Part shown: one piece after another, positions 19,315-28,672 of the stretch
Layout of the letters: each line of letters begins with the position of its first letter
How positions within the stretch are numbered: position 1 is the stretch's first letter
Origin: a virus
Taxonomy: Duplodnaviria > Caudoviricetes
Direction: 5' to 3' (one strand)
Length of the DNA: 64,000 nucleotides
IMG/VR virus record: IMGVR_UViG_3300032290_001086
Notes under the pieces: model-generated
Database searches by the model: none
Seen by the model: the letters and a program-made list of their open reading frames with translations, nothing else
What the model was told of the DNA's origin: nothing
Position numbers and translations under genes: made by a program

Positions 19315-20696
19315 TGGATAGAATTGAAATTAAAATTCTTTCAAATCTAATTTATAATGAAGCATTCACTAGGAAAGTAATTCCTTTTATTAAAGACTCA
19401 TATTTTGAATTGCTTTCTGAAAAAATTATATTTCAGGAGATTCATAAATTTGTTACAAACTATGATGATATTCCAACCAAGTCTGTTTTAAATATTGAAA
19501 TTGAAAACAGAAAAGATATTTCAGATGATGTATTTCAAACTTCATTGTCTGCAATAAATGAACTAAAGGAAGAGAAGTTTGATGAACAATGGCTATTAGA
19601 TACTACCGAAAAATGGTGTAAAGATAGAGCCATTTATTTGGCTCTACTAGACTCAGTTAAAATCGCAGACGGGAAGGATAAAACTAGAAGTAAGGATTCG
19701 ATTCCTTCTATCCTTTCCGATGCACTTGCAGTTTCATTTGATGACCATGTTGGTCATGATTACATTTCTGATTCCGACTCTCGATATGATTTCTATCACA
19801 AAAAAGAAGACAAAGTTCCCTTTGACCTTGAACTATTCAACAAAATTACAAAAGGTGGTCTGCCTAACAAGACTCTCAATATCGCTCTGGCTGGTACAGG
19901 TGTCGGGAAAAGTTTATTCATGTGCCATATGGCTAGCTCCGTCCTCCTGCAAGGGCGCAATGTTCTCTACATTACACTTGAAATGGCAGAGGAGCGGATT
20001 GCTGAAAGAATTGATGCGAATCTCTTGAATGTAAATATCAAAGATATTATGGATATTCCTAAAACTCTATACGAATCAAAGCTAACAAAGCTTGCAGAGA
20101 AAACTAGAGGAAGACTAATCATTAAGGAATATCCAACTGCATCTGCACATGTTGGACATTTTAAATCTCTGTTGAATGACCTCGCACTCAAAAAGGGATT
20201 TAAACCAGATATTATTTTTATTGACTATCTGAATATCTGTTCATCTTCTCGATACAAAGGAAGTATTGTTAACTCATATACTTTTGTAAAATCTATTGCG
20301 GAAGAGTTACGTGGTCTTGCTGTAGAATGTAATGTTCCTATTGTTTCTGCTACTCAAACAACTCGTAGTGGTTATGGCAACTCTGATGTTGAACTTACTG
20401 ATACCAGTGAATCTTTTGGTTTGCCAGCTACTGCTGACTTCATGTTTGCTCTTATTAGTACAGAAGAACTTGAGCAACTTGGTCAGATTATGGTAAAACA
20501 GTTAAAGAACCGATACAATGACCCAACCACATTCAAGAGGTTTGTGGTGGGGATTGACAGAGGGAAGATGAAGCTCTATAATGTAGAGGAAAGTGCTCAG
20601 AAAGGAATCACTGATTCTGGAAACAACTCAGATGATTCTGATTATGACACAAAATTCAAAAAACAAAGCCGAACTTTTGAAGGATTTAAAGTATGA
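19314..20696 (+). CDS. gp41: DnaB-like replicative helicase
   Basis: AGTGVGKS, TLEMAE, IDYLN, SATQTTR, SESFGLPATAD. Confidence 0.96.
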   Translation: MDRIEIKILSNLIYNEAFTRKVIPFIKDSYFELLSEKIIFQEIHKFVTNYDDIPTKSVLNIEIENRKDISDDVFQTSLSAINELKEEKFDEQWLLDTTEKWCKDRAIYLALLDSVKIADGKDKTRSKDSIPSILSDALAVSFDDHVGHDYISDSDSRYDFYHKKEDKVPFDLELFNKITKGGLPNKTLNIALAGTGVGKSLFMCHMASSVLLQGRNVLYITLEMAEERIAERIDANLLNVNIKDIMDIPKTLYESKLTKLAEKTRGRLIIKEYPTASAHVGHFKSLLNDLALKKGFKPDIIFIDYLNICSSSRYKGSIVNSYTFVKSIAEELRGLAVECNVPIVSATQTTRSGYGNSDVELTDTSESFGLPATADFMFALISTEELEQLGQIMVKQLKNRYNDPTTFKRFVVGIDRGKMKLYNVEESAQKGITDSGNNSDDSDYDTKFKKQSRTFEGFKV

Positions 20697-21133
20697 CAAA
20701 AAAACTAATTAGTCTAGATGCGTATCAGCAATTTGTTGGAGATACAACTAGCATTTACTCCAGCAACCCAGAAGAGTTTGTAAACAAAGTAAATGAACTT
20801 AGTCGTAAGTTGCCTGAAGACAACGTAAACGGGACTGGTGTTGACTTGAACCGACTTCTCACTGCTGCAATCGGTCTCACTGCTGAAGGTGGTGAATTTG
20901 CTGAAATTGTAAAGAAGATTGCATTTCAGGGTAAACCATATAACGACCAATCTCGTATTCATATGATTAAAGAGATGGGAGATGTGATGTGGTATATTGC
21001 TCAAGGTTGTATTGCTCTTGGAACTAATCTAGAAGAAGTCCTGGAAACTAACGTTGACAAACTCACTGCACGTTATCCTGAAGGTGCATTCCGAGTATTC
21101 CGTTCTGAAAATCGTCAAGAAGGAGACATTTGA
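20693..21133 (+). CDS. mazG: MazG-like nucleotide pyrophosphohydrolase
   Basis: AEGGEFAEIVKK, KEMGDVMWY, KLTARYP. Confidence 0.9.
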   Translation: MTKKLISLDAYQQFVGDTTSIYSSNPEEFVNKVNELSRKLPEDNVNGTGVDLNRLLTAAIGLTAEGGEFAEIVKKIAFQGKPYNDQSRIHMIKEMGDVMWYIAQGCIALGTNLEEVLETNVDKLTARYPEGAFRVFRSENRQEGDI

Positions 21134-21603
21134 TGTCTTTACGTGATGTCAGAGAGCACCCATTCAGAGATGGAATGAAAAGTGTAAATGACTCATTAAA
21201 AATGTTAGATGGGTTTTCTATGTTGGTTCCAGATTCTGAAATCAGTAGATACCAAAATTATTTGAATGCGGCTAAAAAATTTCTTCCATTATGTTCTGAC
21301 TTTATTGAAATAATTTATCATAATAAGAATTTTTATATATTCAAGATATTTGACCAGTTCATGTTTAAATATCCAAAGTCTAAACAAAATTTAGCAAATC
21401 CAAAAGAAATAACTGCTGCATTTATTGAATTTTATGTTAGACTTAGAAAACAACAAGTAAAAAAATTTGATAAAGAAAAGGACGATGGCTTTAAGTTTCT
21501 AGCAAGTAATACCACAAACATCTATAATACTCTTGTAGTTTATACAAATTTAATACGAGCAAGTTCCGTATTAATTGCAAATCCTGTAAGGTTTTCACAA
21601 TAA
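21133..21603 (+). CDS. Hypothetical protein
   Basis: Coupled ORF after mazG. Confidence 0.65.
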   Translation: MSLRDVREHPFRDGMKSVNDSLKMLDGFSMLVPDSEISRYQNYLNAAKKFLPLCSDFIEIIYHNKNFYIFKIFDQFMFKYPKSKQNLANPKEITAAFIEFYVRLRKQQVKKFDKEKDDGFKFLASNTTNIYNTLVVYTNLIRASSVLIANPVRFSQ

Positions 21604-21642
21604 AACACAACTAAATAATAGATGTAGAAACACTTTCTTTTG

Positions 21643-22845
21643 ATGAAAACTTTTAGACAATTTGTAACTGAAGCTAGAACACCAGCAGGAAAGGAAGCAG
21701 AAAAGAAAGGTCTAGTTCATCTTGGAAAAGGATATTATTCCAATTCAAAAGGTGAAATAGTTGCTAAAAGTGAAATGGGGGGACAAAAACTTGTTCCAAT
21801 TTCTAAATCAGAAAAAAATAAAATCAAACAAGGTCTTCCTATTTCTGGTCCTCAATCCGCAGCTGATGTAGCTAACTCTGTAAACGCAGCTCCCGCAGGT
21901 TCTCCGCCTGCAGGGGCTGCTTCTGCTGTATCTGCTCAAGAACCTATACAGCCATCCGAAGGAGAAGGGCCAGCTATAGTAATTACATTCGGAAGGTTTA
22001 ATCCTCCTTCTCAGGGACATGAAAAATTACTTGCTTCTGTACAAGAACAGGCAGAAGAGCTAGAAGCCGAATACAGAATATATCCAAGTCGTGCATCAGA
22101 TAAAAAGCAAAATCCACTAGACTTCAAAACCAAATATAATATTCTACAACATGTATTTCCAGATTACGCAGAAAATATTATAAACGACCCAGAAAATGGA
22201 GATAATATTTATGATATTTTACAAGGATTACATGATGAAGGATACGAGCATGTAATTATTGTATGTGGTGATGAGAATGTTAAAAAATATCAAAAGATAG
22301 CAGAAAAATATAATGGAAGTGTTTATGATTTTTATGGTGTAGAAGTAGTTGGTGCTGGAATGGAAGATCCAGATGTAGATAAGTCTGAGGGCATTACTAG
22401 TTCTATGATGAGAAAAGCTGCATTGGAAAATGATTATGAGACTTTTAAAAAAGGTCTTCCTGGAAATGCAAGCAAAAAAGAGTGCAGAGCAATTTATATG
22501 CAAGTTCGTAAGTCAATGAATCTTAAAGAAGAACTTTGGAAAATATCTCCTTCTTTAGATTTAGAAAATTTACGTGAAGAATATTATCAAGGAAATATAT
22601 TTAATCTAGGAGAAACTGTTATTGATTGCAATACCGGAATCGACGGAAAAATTATTACTCGTGGTTCTAATTATGTAATCTTTGTTGATGAGCAGAAAAA
22701 AATTCATAGAACATGGATTAAAGATTTGAGTTATCACCCGAAAGTGTTAGAAATAGGAACGGATGATTATAGACAATATGTTCAAAGACTTACTCCTGGA
22801 GAAAAAGTTCAATCTTTTACTACAGCTAAACGAAAAGATAAATAA
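21643..22845 (+). CDS. Cytidylyltransferase-like (HxGH-class) nucleotidyltransferase, late gene
   Basis: TFGRFNPPSQGH, ITSSMMR; CTAAATA upstream; N-terminus MKTFRQFVTEA. Confidence 0.85.
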   Translation: MKTFRQFVTEARTPAGKEAEKKGLVHLGKGYYSNSKGEIVAKSEMGGQKLVPISKSEKNKIKQGLPISGPQSAADVANSVNAAPAGSPPAGAASAVSAQEPIQPSEGEGPAIVITFGRFNPPSQGHEKLLASVQEQAEELEAEYRIYPSRASDKKQNPLDFKTKYNILQHVFPDYAENIINDPENGDNIYDILQGLHDEGYEHVIIVCGDENVKKYQKIAEKYNGSVYDFYGVEVVGAGMEDPDVDKSEGITSSMMRKAALENDYETFKKGLPGNASKKECRAIYMQVRKSMNLKEELWKISPSLDLENLREEYYQGNIFNLGETVIDCNTGIDGKIITRGSNYVIFVDEQKKIHRTWIKDLSYHPKVLEIGTDDYRQYVQRLTPGEKVQSFTTAKRKDK

Positions 22846-22872
22846 TAATAAATAAAGAACTTACAGAATAAA

Positions 22873-25455
22873 ATGGATTTATCTATTGTTTCACAGTTTA
22901 TGTCTCTAACTCCAGACATGATGTATAAAGCTACAAAACTTGTAGAGACTGCTAATGTACATTTTCCTGGAGATGTAGATTTACAAGAAAATTATTTGAG
23001 AGAAAATTTAATTGATACTACTCTAGAATATGCTCTTACCCTTCTAGAGAATCAGAAAGTAAGAGATTATATGAATGTTGCTGTATACACAGACGGTAGA
23101 ACATTCAGTGCCCCAACATTAGCAATTTATAATGTTGGCTCTATGCCAGAAATTAAACAAAGAATTCAATCTAAATTGAATTCAAAAACTGAAGCATTAG
23201 ATCCAGTTGGTCAAGAAGATGCTGATATTGATAATGATGGTAAGAAAAATGATAAGAATGATAAGTACATTCGCAAACGCAGATCCGCAGTAGCTGCTGC
23301 AATTTCTAAGCGTAGACAGCGTACTGAAGATGTAGATTACGTTGCTGAACTTTGGAAAGGTAGACACGGACAATCTGAAAAAGAATATCAGGCTGGACGT
23401 TCCGACGCAGGTAAAAGAATTTCTGGAGATGAAAAAACTGGACCAAACTATTACACTAAGGGTCGTGCAAGAGGAGCAACACCAGATGCTCCAACTGCTC
23501 CTGGTGCAAAGCCAAAGAATACTCCAAAACTTAGCAGCTCCGAAAAAGAATATCATCAATATAATAAGAGCGGTGCTAAGCGTAGAGCTGAATATAATAA
23601 AGTAGGTGGTTCTAAAGGTCTTCCTGAAGAGTTTGCTACAGAAGCCAAGAATAAGCAAGGTAAAGAGCAAGGTTCTGACGGCAAAGCTTGCTGGAAAGGT
23701 TATAAGTATGCTGGCACTGAAAATGGTAAAGATAAGTGTGTGAAGATGGAAGATGTTGCAGAAATCGCAACAGAATATTTTATGAACGAAGGACTCAACG
23801 AATACGGTATTGATATTCTAATTGAGGAGATGGGTCTAGATGATTTCTGTGATTTTGTGAATGAAATTTCCGATGAGTATATGCTCAGCGAAGCAAGAAC
23901 TTTAGTCGGAAAGAAAAAAACTGCAGCTACTGGTAAGGCCAGAGGAGTTTCTTTAAAAGCAGCTCCAGGTAAAACTACAAAAGCTGCGGTTGCAAAATAT
24001 GGAACCACCAGAAAACTATCTGGTTCAAGTTCTTCGGGGACTATTAAAAAGGTAGCTAAAAAGCAACCAGAAACTAAATCAACTCCAGTACAAACTAAAG
24101 AAAAAGCAAAAGGTGGTATTCTTGGAGCACTTAAAGCTAGAGCACAAAAGGATATTGCATCTGTTAGACAATCAGTAAACACAGCAAGACAAGTAGGTGC
24201 AAGACGTGCAGCAGAAGTTAAAGCAACTTATGATGCGGTTAGATCGAAAGGTAAGGAAGCAGAAAAATCAGCAGCAGCAACCAGGGCAAGAAGACAAGCA
24301 ACTGTTGCGGTTGGTAGAGCAGCTCAGCAAGCAGGTAGAACTGCAGTCAAGGCTGCAGGAGCTGCTGGTGCGGCTGCAGGAGAAGCAGTAAAGGCCAAAA
24401 AGTCTGGTAAGACTGCTGCTCAAGTGGCAGGAAGAGCTGCTGGAACTTTTGTTAAAAAAATGACAAAAGAAGAAAAAGAACTTTTAACTCAATACTTCAT
24501 TGAGGCTGAAATTGCATTTGATTATGATGAAGTTCAAGAAATTTTTGAATCATTAGACCAAGAGCATTTTGAATATTTTCTAGATGAAGCAATGTCTTTA
24601 GTTGTAGAAGATTCTCCATCTGCTATTGATGTTATTCAAGAAACTTTAAATAGATCTTATGATTTATCAAATTTTAATTTTACTGATTGGAGAACTTTAC
24701 TTGAAATTCATTCAAGTGATGAAGCTACCAGTAAATTTGTAAAGAAAACATCTTCTGCAACTTCTAACCGTCATGTTGAAATGAAAGGAAAGAAAAAAGA
24801 TGGTGTAATTATTAATCCTAAAGCATTCACCACTGTAGAGGAAGTTGAACAGATTGATGAAGTTTCTCCTCCAGGTGCTAAGTTCAAAAGAATGGCTAAG
24901 CACATCAAAGCTGGATATGCTGAAGATGGATTAACTAAAAAAGAAAAGGGAATTGCTTTTGCAACTGCATGGAAAGAATATAAGAAACAGCAAAAGGAAC
25001 AAGCAGATCCAGAAGCAGCTAAAACTGCAGCACAAGGTCAGCAAAAAATGAAAGTACAACAGCAAATGCAGAGAAAGCAACTAATGCTTCAACAGCAAAG
25101 GCTTCAAATGCAAAAGCAAGGTAAACTTCCAGTGGGTCACATGGAAGAAGTTGAGAACCTAGATGAACTCAATCGTTATGAAAAGGAAACTGGAACATCT
25201 TCTGGTTCTCTCAATATGCCAAAGGGAAGGCCAACCCAAAAAGGTGGAGAAACTAATCCTGCACTCAGATCAGTTAGACAAACCATGCGTAAGATGACTG
25301 GAACACCTGCAGGACAGCAGAAAAAAGTTCCTGGTAAAAAGCCACCTGCAGCGGGTGAATATGGTTCTGGTGTAAAATCTCCTGCTCAAAAAGTAGCACA
25401 ACGTCGTGCTACAGCACAAAGAGCACAAGATAATATGTCTTCTAGATTTGATTGA
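22873..25455 (+). CDS. Large low-complexity late protein, probable internal head protein
   Basis: Alternating acidic and K/A/R-rich blocks; ATAAATA late promoters upstream. Confidence 0.75.
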   Translation: MDLSIVSQFMSLTPDMMYKATKLVETANVHFPGDVDLQENYLRENLIDTTLEYALTLLENQKVRDYMNVAVYTDGRTFSAPTLAIYNVGSMPEIKQRIQSKLNSKTEALDPVGQEDADIDNDGKKNDKNDKYIRKRRSAVAAAISKRRQRTEDVDYVAELWKGRHGQSEKEYQAGRSDAGKRISGDEKTGPNYYTKGRARGATPDAPTAPGAKPKNTPKLSSSEKEYHQYNKSGAKRRAEYNKVGGSKGLPEEFATEAKNKQGKEQGSDGKACWKGYKYAGTENGKDKCVKMEDVAEIATEYFMNEGLNEYGIDILIEEMGLDDFCDFVNEISDEYMLSEARTLVGKKKTAATGKARGVSLKAAPGKTTKAAVAKYGTTRKLSGSSSSGTIKKVAKKQPETKSTPVQTKEKAKGGILGALKARAQKDIASVRQSVNTARQVGARRAAEVKATYDAVRSKGKEAEKSAAATRARRQATVAVGRAAQQAGRTAVKAAGAAGAAAGEAVKAKKSGKTAAQVAGRAAGTFVKKMTKEEKELLTQYFIEAEIAFDYDEVQEIFESLDQEHFEYFLDEAMSLVVEDSPSAIDVIQETLNRSYDLSNFNFTDWRTLLEIHSSDEATSKFVKKTSSATSNRHVEMKGKKKDGVIINPKAFTTVEEVEQIDEVSPPGAKFKRMAKHIKAGYAEDGLTKKEKGIAFATAWKEYKKQQKEQADPEAAKTAAQGQQKMKVQQQMQRKQLMLQQQRLQMQKQGKLPVGHMEEVENLDELNRYEKETGTSSGSLNMPKGRPTQKGGETNPALRSVRQTMRKMTGTPAGQQKKVPGKKPPAAGEYGSGVKSPAQKVAQRRATAQRAQDNMSSRFD

Positions 25456-25491
25456 ACTAAATATAGATAGATCTACTTTTAGGAGGACACC

Positions 25492-25665
25492 ATGGGAGCA
25501 CTTGTAGAATTAGTAAAACCATTACTACTAGCAGCTATGAACAGCTGCCATACAAAAAAATTAGTATGTGATTTACTTGACCGTTATGTTAACACTACAG
25601 ATAATGACATTGATAATGTAATTGCTACAACTGTAAGAACTGCGCTTCTTAGAGATTGTAAGTGA
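25492..25665 (+). CDS. Small hypothetical protein (57 aa)
   Basis: AGGAGG SD, CTAAATA promoter; MGALVELVKP...TDNDIDN. Confidence 0.75.
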   Translation: MGALVELVKPLLLAAMNSCHTKKLVCDLLDRYVNTTDNDIDNVIATTVRTALLRDCK

Positions 25666-25811
25666 TTGAATGTTTAATAGTTAACTTTGGGTTTACTATA
25701 TTATTAGCATTTTGTTTAGCTTTATCTGAATGGTTAGGTTCTAATTCAAAGATAAAATCAAATAGTATATACCAGTTAATTAACACATTTTTAAAACATT
25801 TAAATAAATGA
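25662..25811 (+). CDS. Small membrane protein (49 aa, holin-like)
   Basis: GTG start overlapping the upstream stop; TM helix then LSEWLG...KSNSIYQL. Confidence 0.55.
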   Translation: MIECLIVNFGFTILLAFCLALSEWLGSNSKIKSNSIYQLINTFLKHLNK

Positions 25812-25879
25812 CTCATGGGGAGGTGACTCCCCATTTTTTATAAATACTAATAGAAAAAATATTTTTCAGAGGATTTCTA

Positions 25880-26485
25880 ATGTCTCTATACGGAAGAACT
25901 GATTCAAATGCTAATAAAGCAAAAGTTGAGTCTACAATTTCAGCCTCATCCCAAGCTAAGACAATTGTGTTTGTTGATGAAACTGAAGCAGCTCTAAACG
26001 AAAACCGTCAGCGTGGTATTGATGGTCCTGGTTGGTGGTCATATTTTACATACACTGATGATGCAGGAAATACTCGCCATAAAGCAGAAAAGCTAGTAGC
26101 TCTTTCTAATCCAGATACAAATGCGAACGAAACTCAGTCTGACGATACTATTGCTGCAGACGCTGCATCTGCAGTAACAATTACTGCACAACCTGCAAAT
26201 GTAACTGGTGCTTCTACTCCTTACACTGGAACTTTCTCAGTTACTACTTCTACAACTGGTACTCCTGGAACACTTGCATACCAATGGCAGTATCAAACTG
26301 CAACTGGTACACGTTGGATTAATCTAACCAATGCTGGTGTGTTCTCTGACGCAACGACTGATACTCTTACTCTTACCTCTGCTGCTAAAGCAACATACAA
26401 TGGATATAAGTTCCGTGTGAAGATTACATCTGCTGGTGGTACTGAAGAAGTTACTTCATCAACAGCTACACTAACTTATGCATGA
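25880..26485 (+). CDS. Virion structural protein with C-terminal Ig-like domain
   Basis: TATAAATA at 25839; ITAQP...YQWQ...TLTL...YKFRV Ig-like pattern. Confidence 0.8.
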   Translation: MSLYGRTDSNANKAKVESTISASSQAKTIVFVDETEAALNENRQRGIDGPGWWSYFTYTDDAGNTRHKAEKLVALSNPDTNANETQSDDTIAADAASAVTITAQPANVTGASTPYTGTFSVTTSTTGTPGTLAYQWQYQTATGTRWINLTNAGVFSDATTDTLTLTSAAKATYNGYKFRVKITSAGGTEEVTSSTATLTYA

Positions 26486-26491
26486 TAACAA

Positions 26492-26854
26492 ATGAGATTT
26501 ACTGAATTGAATGAAGATAACTTTTTGTTATTTGCAATTAAAAATTATGATAATCCAAATGCAATGACAAAAGATGATTTTTTTGAGGACCTGAAAAAAT
26601 TTAAGTATATTAAAAGATTACTTAAGCGATACGATAAAACAGGTGTTCTTAAAACTCATCTTTTGTTAAATCATATAATTGTCATTTATAATATATTTGG
26701 TGATGCCGCAACTCCAATATTATTTTTTAAAGTGGACAAACAATATTGGTCTCCATTGAAATCGTTTATGGTCTTCTTGAATAGAATTGAGGAGGAAACA
26801 TTAAAAGAAGTACAAATAGATTCTTATTGTTTAGAGGAATTAACAAAGATATGA
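26492..26854 (+). CDS. Conserved T4-like hypothetical protein
   Basis: FAIKNYDNP, DLKKFKYIKRLL, LNHII. Confidence 0.8.
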   Translation: MRFTELNEDNFLLFAIKNYDNPNAMTKDDFFEDLKKFKYIKRLLKRYDKTGVLKTHLLLNHIIVIYNIFGDAATPILFFKVDKQYWSPLKSFMVFLNRIEEETLKEVQIDSYCLEELTKI

Positions 26855-27228
26855 AATATTATAAAGAAGAAGTTGCTGCGAATTCTGTTGGGACTGGTGC
26901 TGAAGTTTCACTTCCTCCTTCTGTAGAACCACCTGGGATTCCAGCATCAAAAAGAAAAAGAAGAGCGAAAAAGGTCAATGAAACTTATATTTTTGAAAGT
27001 GGAGGAAAAGTAATTGACCAACTTAAACAAATTGCAATGGCTGGCAATCAAGGTGTAATTGTGTTTGATAATGGAGAGAAGAAGCAAATGTCTGCAGTAA
27101 ATGCATCAAAGATTGTAGACTTATATAGAAATTTAAATGCAAGTAATAGAGTTAAAATGATAAAGTCAGTTAACTCTTCTTCTTCTGGTCTTGATAAAAT
27201 TATTAATTTTGCTTCATCGAGAGTATAA
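26851..27228 (+). CDS. Hypothetical protein
   Basis: ATGA-type overlap with the upstream gene. Confidence 0.7.
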   Translation: MKYYKEEVAANSVGTGAEVSLPPSVEPPGIPASKRKRRAKKVNETYIFESGGKVIDQLKQIAMAGNQGVIVFDNGEKKQMSAVNASKIVDLYRNLNASNRVKMIKSVNSSSSGLDKIINFASSRV

Positions 27229-27254
27229 ACGAGTAATTCATTCCAAGAACCATT

Positions 27255-27689
27255 ATGTTTGGATTAATGTCACGAACAGATTTTGCTAAATTAGATGTAT
27301 TAGAATCTAAATTAAATATCTATGAGTCTTTATCTAGAGAGATGCTAGATAAATTAGAAAACGCAGTAGATAAAATTTCAGAATCTAATCAACGAATTGC
27401 AAATATTTTAACCAAACATGATGAAAGAATTGACCAAAGTATTAAGACAGATGAACTTCTCATTAAAATGATTGATGAGGTTAAGACAAGCAATAGTAAA
27501 GAACATAAAGAAGTTCAAGAAAGAATATCAGCAGTAGAAAAAACAGTTGATGACCTACTCAAATTCCGATGGCAAGTCGCAGCAATTGCAGGGGCCGCTG
27601 TGCTGGTTGTCGGACTGGTCACTCCCTATATTGACAATATGTTGAATCACAGCTATAATGGAGGGAGCGAACAAGTACTTACGAAATGA
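27255..27689 (+). CDS. Coiled-coil protein with C-terminal TM segment
   Basis: Heptad region, then KFRWQVAAIAGAAVLVVG. Confidence 0.75.
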   Translation: MFGLMSRTDFAKLDVLESKLNIYESLSREMLDKLENAVDKISESNQRIANILTKHDERIDQSIKTDELLIKMIDEVKTSNSKEHKEVQERISAVEKTVDDLLKFRWQVAAIAGAAVLVVGLVTPYIDNMLNHSYNGGSEQVLTK

Positions 27690-28672
27690 ATTTTATTGAT
27701 TCTAAATATGTTAATTTGGTTTCGGGAAGACTAGATAAATTTAGCAGAAAGCACGAGAATCTCTATAACTTTAGGTGTCCTTACTGTGGAGATTCATCAA
27801 GGAATAAAAACAAAGCAAGAGGATTCTTCTTTACTAAAAGAACAGATGTATTCTACAGGTGTCATAACTGTGGAGTTGGAAGAACTCTAGCAAATTTTTT
27901 GAAAGATATTGATGTAAATCTTTATGATAATTATGTCATGGAGAGGTTTAAAAATGGAACTACAGGAAGAGGTTCCAACACACCAAATCCAAAGCTAGAC
28001 GTAGAATTCAAGAAGCCAGTATTTAATACTACACCGCTATCTAAGCTAGACAAAATATCAGAACTAAATAATACACACCCAGCCAAAGAATATCTCATTC
28101 AACGCAGAATACCAGAAAAACATTTTTCAAATCTTTATTTCGCTGAGGATTTCAATGCTTGGGCAAACACAGAAAGTAAATTTAAAGAATCTAGAATTGT
28201 CATCCCTCTCCTCTCCAAGTCAGGAAAATTGTTTGGATACCAAGGTAGGTCTCTTGACAAAAATTCAAAACTGCGTTATATTACTACCATGTTGGATGAC
28301 AGATATGCTAAAGTATTTGGACTTCATACTGTAGATTTTACTAAAACAATTTATGTCACGGAGGGTCCTTTTGACTCTCTTTTTCTGTCTAATGCTATTG
28401 CTATGTGTGGAGCAGATGTTCAACTAGATAAAATTGTATATAAAAGTAGAGTTTTTATTTTAGACAACGAACCTAGGAATACTGAAATTATTAAGCGTTA
28501 TGAAAAGTTGATTGATGCCAAAGAACAAATTGTAATCTGGCCAAGCACAATCAAAGAAAAAGACATTAATGATATGGTTATTTCTGGTTTAGACCCTGTG
28601 GAAATAATCACAAAAAATACAGTTCAGGGCGTAGAAGCAAAAATCAAGTTTAATCAATGGAAAAAAGTATGA
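27686..28672 (+). CDS. gp61: DNA primase
   Basis: CPYCGDS...CHNC zinc motif, EGPFDS, DNEPRN, KDINDM. Confidence 0.96.
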   Translation: MNFIDSKYVNLVSGRLDKFSRKHENLYNFRCPYCGDSSRNKNKARGFFFTKRTDVFYRCHNCGVGRTLANFLKDIDVNLYDNYVMERFKNGTTGRGSNTPNPKLDVEFKKPVFNTTPLSKLDKISELNNTHPAKEYLIQRRIPEKHFSNLYFAEDFNAWANTESKFKESRIVIPLLSKSGKLFGYQGRSLDKNSKLRYITTMLDDRYAKVFGLHTVDFTKTIYVTEGPFDSLFLSNAIAMCGADVQLDKIVYKSRVFILDNEPRNTEIIKRYEKLIDAKEQIVIWPSTIKEKDINDMVISGLDPVEIITKNTVQGVEAKIKFNQWKKV

